Source: Chthoniobacterales bacterium
GTDB lineage: Bacteria; Verrucomicrobiota; Verrucomicrobiia; Chthoniobacterales; Chthoniobacteraceae
Length of the DNA: 64,000 nucleotides
NCBI GenBank assembly: GCA_038207335.1
Contig: JBBQZX010000026.1
Span: 22,217-86,216, forward strand
Direction of reading: 5' to 3'
Position numbers and translations under genes: made by a program. Shown in pieces: positions 58,150 through 64,000 of this stretch (position 1 is the stretch's first letter; each line of letters starts with the position of its first letter). Below the pieces are notes generated by a model. That model was not told the DNA's origin. It did not search any database and worked only from the letters and a program-made list of their open reading frames with translations.

Positions 58150-58710
58150 ATGATTTACCACCTCTCGCTCGAGCTGATGCTGACTGTCGTCGGCTGGCTG
58201 CTGATCACCGCGCATGTCTTCATGCTCATCCGCGGAGACGCTGCGCAGAAGTGGCTTCGGAGCTTTCCGCGCTCGCGCCCGATCGGGTTCGTCCTGCTCG
58301 CGGTGGCGACGATTTGGGCGTGGCTTTTGGTCGCGAATATCGACCTCGGCGAGTTCAGCAACTGGCGCACACGCATCCTGATCGTGATCCCGTGCGCGGC
58401 CGTCCTGACGTGGTTATACGTCGATGAATTTCTCGCCGCCCGCGCGCTTGGGATGGTCGCGCTTTTGGCCGCCGAGCCGCTGCTGGATTCCGCATGGCTG
58501 CGCCCGGAATTGAGCCGACTCGCGCTAGTCACGCTGGCTTACGCGTGGATCGTTTTCGCGCTGTTTTGGATCGGGATGCCCTACACGTTGCGTGAGCAAA
58601 TCGCGTGGCTCACAGGCGAGGAGAAGCGGTGGAAAGTCGGGGCGGTTGCCGGTATCGCTTACGGCCTGCTGCTCGTTATTTTGCCCCTGACACTACATCG
58701 TTCAGCTTGA
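58150..58710 (+). CDS. Hypothetical multi-pass membrane protein
   Basis: About six hydrophobic helices; FPRSR, EFLAARALG, PYTLRE motifs. Confidence 0.7.
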   Translation: MIYHLSLELMLTVVGWLLITAHVFMLIRGDAAQKWLRSFPRSRPIGFVLLAVATIWAWLLVANIDLGEFSNWRTRILIVIPCAAVLTWLYVDEFLAARALGMVALLAAEPLLDSAWLRPELSRLALVTLAYAWIVFALFWIGMPYTLREQIAWLTGEEKRWKVGAVAGIAYGLLLVILPLTLHRSA

Positions 58711-59893
58711 AGATCGGCAGGAACATCGCGATGACGATGCCGCCTACGACCACGCCGAGAAAGACGATGAGCAGCGGTTCGATGAGAGAGGTGAGCGCGT
58801 CGAGGATCGCCTCGATTTCCTCGTCCCAGAAATCGGCCATTTTCTCGAGCATCGTGTCGATCTTGCCGGTCTGCTCGCCGGCGCCGACCATGCGAACCAT
58901 CATGGGCGGGAAGATCGGCTGACGAGCGAGTGAGGCGGTGAGGTGATCACCCTTTTCGACGTCCGATGAGACGCCTTTGATCGCGTCCTCGACCATGTGA
59001 TTTCCGGCGGTCTCGCCGACAATTTCCATGACCTCAAGAATCGGCACGCCAGCACGCGTGAGCTGGGCAAAAGTACGCGCGAAGCGGGTCATCGCGATTT
59101 TATGCACGAGCGGGCCGAAGATCGGGAGCTTCAGCTTCCACTTGTCCCAAAGCCGCGCGCCGCTGTCAGTGCGAACGAACGTGCGAATTCCAAAAAATGC
59201 CCCGACCGCTCCGCCGACTATGATGTACCAGTAGCCTGTCACGAAGGCGCTGAGATCGAGCAGGAACTGCGTGGGCGCGGGAAGATTTGCGCCGAAATCG
59301 GCGAAGATGCCGCCGAACACAGGCACGATTTTCACGATCAAAAACGTGGTGATGCCGAACGCGATCGTGATGACGATCACGGGATAGGTCATCGCGGATT
59401 TGACCTTCTTTTTCAGACGTGCGGATGCCTCGAGAAAGCATGCCAGGCGATCGAGAATCTCGGAGAGCAAGCCGCCGGATTCGCCCGCTTTCACCATCGC
59501 CACATAGAGTCGGCTGAACACCCGGGGGTGCTTCGAGATCGCTTCATTGAAGGCGTCGCCCTGTTGCACCAGCGCGCTGACCTCGCCCACGACGCGCCGA
59601 AGGCCGGCTTGTTTTCGAGGGTCGGATTGCTCGTAAAGTCCGGTCAGTGCGGAGACGAGCGGGAGCCCGGCATCGACCATCGTGGCGAGCTGCCGCGTGA
59701 AAAGAACGATGTCCGTGTCGCTGACTTTTCCACGCGGTCGGGTGGCTCGCGAGCCCGCCTTTTGCTGGATCGAGAGCACCATGAGGCCGCGCGTCATGAG
59801 CGTATTGATCGCGTTGTCTTCGTTGAGAGCCTCCTGGAGGCCGGAGGTGATCTTTCCCGCAGAATCGCGCGCCTGGTAAGCGTAGGTGAACAT
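58676..59893 (-). CDS. Type II secretion F / type IV pilus platform protein (PilC/GspF family)
   Basis: FTRQLATMVDAGLPL, AGESGG.L, KSAMTYP, GEQTGKIDTML, IEPLLIV. Confidence 0.93.
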   Translation of the reverse strand: MFTYAYQARDSAGKITSGLQEALNEDNAINTLMTRGLMVLSIQQKAGSRATRPRGKVSDTDIVLFTRQLATMVDAGLPLVSALTGLYEQSDPRKQAGLRRVVGEVSALVQQGDAFNEAISKHPRVFSRLYVAMVKAGESGGLLSEILDRLACFLEASARLKKKVKSAMTYPVIVITIAFGITTFLIVKIVPVFGGIFADFGANLPAPTQFLLDLSAFVTGYWYIIVGGAVGAFFGIRTFVRTDSGARLWDKWKLKLPIFGPLVHKIAMTRFARTFAQLTRAGVPILEVMEIVGETAGNHMVEDAIKGVSSDVEKGDHLTASLARQPIFPPMMVRMVGAGEQTGKIDTMLEKMADFWDEEIEAILDALTSLIEPLLIVFLGVVVGGIVIAMFLPIFKLNDVVSGAK

Positions 59894-59992
59894 GCCGAAA
59901 GAAGTTAGCAAAGTCAGTGCCACACGCGTGCCACGCTCGCTTTCTCCGATATTCGCTTTCATTTGGTGGACGCGTTCCTGTTCGTTGAAAAG

Positions 59993-62206
59993 ATGCGTTT
60001 TCTCCTCCTAGTCGCTATATTTTCCACACTCGCGTCGGCAGCTCCGACCACACCTCCGCCCGGCGACGACGGCCATGCTGCGCTTCTTCAAGGCGTGGCT
60101 GTGATTCATGCGCCGGGAGCTCCGGGCGGCGTCTGCGTGTTTGGCCCGCAGGCGTTTGCGGTCGTCGCGGGACGCGAGGGGAAGACGGCGATGCTGCCCG
60201 TGGCCGCCGCGGGGCGCTGTGAAAAAGGACGAGTCTTCGCCTTTGGTCACAACGGGTTTCTCACCGATTTTGCGGACAGCGGGACCGGCGCACTGCTCGT
60301 GAATGCCGTTCACTGGGCGGCACCGATGAAGGAGAAACCGCGAGTCGCCACGATCAACAACGCAGGGCTCGCGACGCATCTCAAAACACACGGTTTCGAC
60401 GCGACTGAATCCGGTGGGAAAGGCTGGAGCCGCAAGCTTACTGGAGTGGATGTGGTGTGCGTCGATGCGCACCGGCTCGCGGCGGAGGACGTCGAGACGC
60501 TCGTGAAATTCATCCGGTCGGGTGGGGGATTGATCACGGCCGCGACGGGCTGGGGCTGGCTCCAGGGAAAGGAACGGAGCCAGCTCGCCACGGAGTTTCC
60601 CGGGAGCCGAGTGATTCGGGAAGCGGGCCTCATTTTTACAGCCGGCACTCCGGGTAAAACCACTAGCGACGGCTACTCGACCGGCGGCGACCTCGCACTG
60701 CTCAATGCCGGAGCGGCGCTCGAAGCGGTTGTGGCGCATTCGATGAAAAAGTCGGCGCTGACCGCTCCGCAACTCTCACAGTGCGGCGCAACCCTCTCCG
60801 ATGCGCTGCGCGCGCTTCCGCCGGACGATAAGCTTTTCCTGCCCCGCCTCGCCGCGCTCACCACCACGCCCGGTACGACCGATTTTCCGCGTGCCGACAA
60901 GCCGCTCAATGCCAGTGACCCGCTCGCGCGGTTGATGTTCACCCGCACTCTCGAGGCGTTGCGCGATGCACCGCCGGAGCAGATCAAGGCGCATCCGGTC
61001 GCTGAGTTTTTCCCGGGCGCAGTTGCCAAAACTGCAGCGCGTATCGCGAGCCGCGCGGTCGCAATCGACACCAGCGTCCCGGCCTGGCACAGCACCGGCC
61101 TCTACGCCGCGCCGGGCGAGCTGATCCGCGTGCAATTTCCACCGGAGGCCGCTGGCAAAGGGTTTGGCGTCCGCATCGGCTGCCACACAGACGCGCTGTG
61201 GCACCTCGATCGCTGGCAGCGCTCGCCGGAAATCTCGCGCCGTGAGCCCGTGAAGCAGGCGCTCACGACTGCAGCGAATGCATTTGGCGGACTCATTTAC
61301 ATCGACGTGCCAGAGAGCGCGGGCGGCGGGAAAATCAGCGTCACGATTTCCGGCGCGGTCGAGGCACCGCGGTTCGTGCTCGGGCAGACGAGCCTGCTCG
61401 ATTGGAAAAATAAAATCCGCAACGCGCCCGCGCCGTTGGCAGAACTCGAGACCTCGAAAATCATCCTCAGCGTGCCATCCGAGAAAATCCGCCTGCTCGA
61501 CGATCCTGAGGCTTTGATGAAATTTTGGGACCAAGTCCTCGATGCCGAGGCCGATCTCGCCACGATCCCGCGCGAGCGCAAACGCCCCGAGCGCATTGTG
61601 CCAGACGTGCAGATCAGTGCCGGATACATGCACAGCGGCTACCCGATCATGACCTTCCTCGACAAATCCGTGGAGCACTCGCTCTCGCTCGCCGAGATGA
61701 AGCAGGGGAGCTGGGGCCATTTCCACGAACTCGGCCACAATCATCAGCAGAGCGATTGGACGTTCGCAGGAACCACCGAGGTGACCTGCAATCTCTTTTC
61801 GCTCTATTGCATGGAGACTCTGTGCGGAAAGCCGCCGGGTCAGGGTCACGACGCGATGGAGCCGACGAAAGTGGACAAGCGGCTCCGGGATTACCTCGCG
61901 GCAAGCGACAAATTCTCGCGCTGGAAAGCCGATCCATTTCTCGCGCTCACCATGTATCACCAGCTCCGCATGGGCTTCGGATGGGAGACCTACAAGAAAG
62001 TCTTCGCCGAATACCGCGCGATGCCAAAAACCGAGCGTCCGAAGAGCGACGACGAAAAACGAGACCAATGGATGACCCGATTTTCCAAAGCCGCGGGCAA
62101 AAATCTCGGCCCGTTCTTCGAGGCATGGGGCGTGCCGACGAGCAATGCCGCCCGGGATTCCATCAAAGAACTGCCCGCGTGGATGCCGGACGACTGGCCG
62201 AAATAA
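59993..62206 (+). CDS. Secreted M60-family (enhancin-like) metallopeptidase
   Basis: STGLYAAPGE, QISAGYMHSGYP, WGHFHELGHNHQ, TEVTCN. Confidence 0.92.
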   Translation: MRFLLLVAIFSTLASAAPTTPPPGDDGHAALLQGVAVIHAPGAPGGVCVFGPQAFAVVAGREGKTAMLPVAAAGRCEKGRVFAFGHNGFLTDFADSGTGALLVNAVHWAAPMKEKPRVATINNAGLATHLKTHGFDATESGGKGWSRKLTGVDVVCVDAHRLAAEDVETLVKFIRSGGGLITAATGWGWLQGKERSQLATEFPGSRVIREAGLIFTAGTPGKTTSDGYSTGGDLALLNAGAALEAVVAHSMKKSALTAPQLSQCGATLSDALRALPPDDKLFLPRLAALTTTPGTTDFPRADKPLNASDPLARLMFTRTLEALRDAPPEQIKAHPVAEFFPGAVAKTAARIASRAVAIDTSVPAWHSTGLYAAPGELIRVQFPPEAAGKGFGVRIGCHTDALWHLDRWQRSPEISRREPVKQALTTAANAFGGLIYIDVPESAGGGKISVTISGAVEAPRFVLGQTSLLDWKNKIRNAPAPLAELETSKIILSVPSEKIRLLDDPEALMKFWDQVLDAEADLATIPRERKRPERIVPDVQISAGYMHSGYPIMTFLDKSVEHSLSLAEMKQGSWGHFHELGHNHQQSDWTFAGTTEVTCNLFSLYCMETLCGKPPGQGHDAMEPTKVDKRLRDYLAASDKFSRWKADPFLALTMYHQLRMGFGWETYKKVFAEYRAMPKTERPKSDDEKRDQWMTRFSKAAGKNLGPFFEAWGVPTSNAARDSIKELPAWMPDDWPK

Positions 62207-62254
62207 ACCGCCCTTGTCCCGCCGTCGATTTTCGCGTTTCTTCCCGCCGCACCC

Positions 62255-62326
62255 GTCCCCGTAGCTCAACGGATAGAGCAAGCGTTTCCTAAACGCGAGA
62301 TGTGGTTTCGATTACCGCCGGGGACA
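62255..62326 (+). tRNA. tRNA-Arg (CCT), no encoded CCA, atypical T-stem
   Basis: GTCCCCG/CGGGGAC acceptor, GCTC/GAGC D-stem, anticodon loop TTCCTAA, T-arm GTGGT-TTCGATT-ACCGC. Confidence 0.9.
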
Positions 62327-62436
62327 TTTACCGCGGCCGGTCGCGTGGCGGCTCGTTAACCCGATCGCCCGTCCATTGCACCTTTCTCAATATCGGGAAA
62401 GCGTATTCACCGCGGCGCAGTCGATTCGTTTTCAAA

Positions 62437-63333
62437 ATGAATCCATCCACATCTGATCGCGCCGCCGGCTGCATCGTAGGCGCCTTCATCGGCGATGCCC
62501 TCGGCGTCGGCCCGCACTGGTATTACGACATCGAGGAAATGCGGCGCGATTTCGGCCAGTGGATCACCGGCTACACAACTCCAAAGCCCGGGCACTACCA
62601 CGATGGTCTCGAGGCCGGCGCACTTTCACAGACCGGGATCATCATAAAGATGCTGCTCGAATCCGTCGCCGAGCGCGGCGAGTACGACGAGGGCGCATTC
62701 ACCCAAATGCTCGATCAGCGACTCCTGCCAGCCCTCAACGGCGAGGCGAAGCATGGACCGGGCGGCTTCACCAACCACTCATTCCGCCAAGTCTGGCAAA
62801 ACCGCGTGCGCGATGGCAAACCGTGGGGCCAAACGTCCTCGCGGCCGTGATATCCGCGGCGAGCCTTTCGACGAAACGCTCTCTGGCAGGCTCATGCGCG
62901 ACGTGGCAAACGGCGAAGTGCCCTTCGTCGCAAAAAGCTCGATGGCCGGCAGCAGTGGCGACCGCACGCCGCTCGGCTTCGCCTCGCCTGACGCGCTCCT
63001 GCTGCCATCATGGATCGCCGAACACGCGATCCCCGCACTCAGATCGAACCGCCTTGGAAGGTGTCCATCGTCTATGGAATGTCCTGCTCGATCAATTTCG
63101 TTCTCCCAGCCGCTTACTATCTGGTTGCGCGATTTCCTGGAGATTTTGAAAACGCCGTGCTCCACGCCCTCAATGGCGGCGGCCAAAACATGTCCCGTGC
63201 CTGCCTCACCGGCGCGCTCGCCGGCGCCCAATGCGGCCTCGCCGCCATCCCGGAACGCTTCATCGAGAAGCTGCACGACGACCAAGAGATCGTGAAAGCC
63301 GCCAGGAAAATTGCCGCAGCGAGAGATCAATAA
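62437..63333 (+). pseudogene. ADP-ribosylglycohydrolase family pseudogene (three fragments)
   Basis: GAFIGDALGVGPHWYYD... stops at 62850; middle LSGRLM...FASPDALLLPS is in another frame; C-terminal NGGGQNMSRACLTGALAGAQ..IPERF is back in the first frame. Confidence 0.8.
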
Positions 63334-63620
63334 CCGGCGGTCCACTTCACGAAGGCCGAACCCTTCAACCCGCGCCGCAGATCGATCGTGCCGCCGTTCG
63401 CCAGTGAGGCGCGATGATGCACCGGAAGCCTGCCTGCGCTAACGCCGCCGGCGCAAGCCGAGAGCAGGGCGACTCCGCAGAAGCACAGGCTCAACGAACA
63501 TTGTCCGCCCGCTGCCGTGCCAGCGTAGGTGCCGGTTACACCGGTGAGGCCCGTCACTTTCGACCAGTCGTAGCCACCGAAACTCGACATCGCTCCAGTC
63601 GGCATCGCATTCAGCGCATA

Positions 63621-63845
63621 ATAACTTGTCCCGCTTTGGACTTCCAGAATTGCCATTTTACAGAGAAAATCCGGTGTCCGGTTCGCGGGCTTCGGAGGTG
63701 AGACAACTTATCAAACACGCTCCAAAGCGGGACAACTTATCCTCCTCACTTCTTCCTCTTTTTGGTGCCTTTTTTGGGCCTTTTTACAGAGGATTCAGCC
63801 CTTTTCTGGCTTGCTCGGCGATATTCGGCCCTGCGGGACAACTTA
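63621..63845. repeat. Array of GACAACTTA motifs including a 20-bp inverted repeat
   Basis: IR 63621-63640 / 63721-63740 (19/20); direct GACAACTTA at 63702, 63731 and 63837. Confidence 0.7.
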
Positions 63846-64000
63846 CCGACCAACTCTCACAGCGGGGCCGCGCGCGCCGTTCGTCCCATCCTCCGATTTT
63901 ATATGACACACAGTTAAAAGGTTGTCTAAACAACCGTTTTGAGGCGTGGAAGTGTAGTAGCGTGGAGTGGTTTGAGCGGTGAGGAATTGGCGAGCACTCA

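Noticed and set aside
63327..63656. 109-aa minus-strand ORF
   Set aside because: No recognisable family; its start overlaps the repeat array in a decayed region, so at most a fragment.
63920..63935. Palindrome GGTTGT-CTAA-ACAACC as an IS end
   Set aside because: Too short, with no partner end or transposase inside the window.
1..64000. CRISPR array, rRNA, prophage or known defence operon
   Set aside because: No regularly spaced repeat-spacer units, rRNA-like sequence, phage structural genes or recognisable cas/RM genes were seen by eye.

Overview
This is a GC-rich bacterial chromosomal window, most likely Verrucomicrobiota (Chthoniobacter/Spartobacteria-like). That assignment is inferred from gene repertoire: a LEPRxLL surface protein, DUF1080 proteins, a kinase-ECF sigma pair and tRNAs without encoded CCA. 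It holds about 45 mostly ordinary CDS. They cover envelope modification (PAP2-ArnT-GT2, alr, amidase), sugar catabolism (DUF1080-uxaE-isomerase-RbsD/FucU), signalling, MoxR-DUF58-transglutaminase, miaB, a katE-linked four-gene cluster, a PilC/GspF protein and an M60 peptidase, plus tRNA-Cys(GCA) and tRNA-Arg(CCT). The standout is a complete 2152-bp IS1595-family element (36713-38864, 24-bp terminal inverted repeats, 8-bp target duplication GCGGTTTT). Its cargo is a coiled-coil/winged-helix-like ORF, a run of GC-rich hairpins, and a well-formed 98-nt tRNA gene with a tRNA-Leu-type body, an extra-long variable arm and a Pro (UGG) anticodon. This is a candidate mobile mistranslating or decoy tRNA module. 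Beyond tRNA-Arg the window ends in a decayed region with a broken ADP-ribosylglycohydrolase and an array of repeated motifs. All calls come from reading the sequence by eye; no searches were run.
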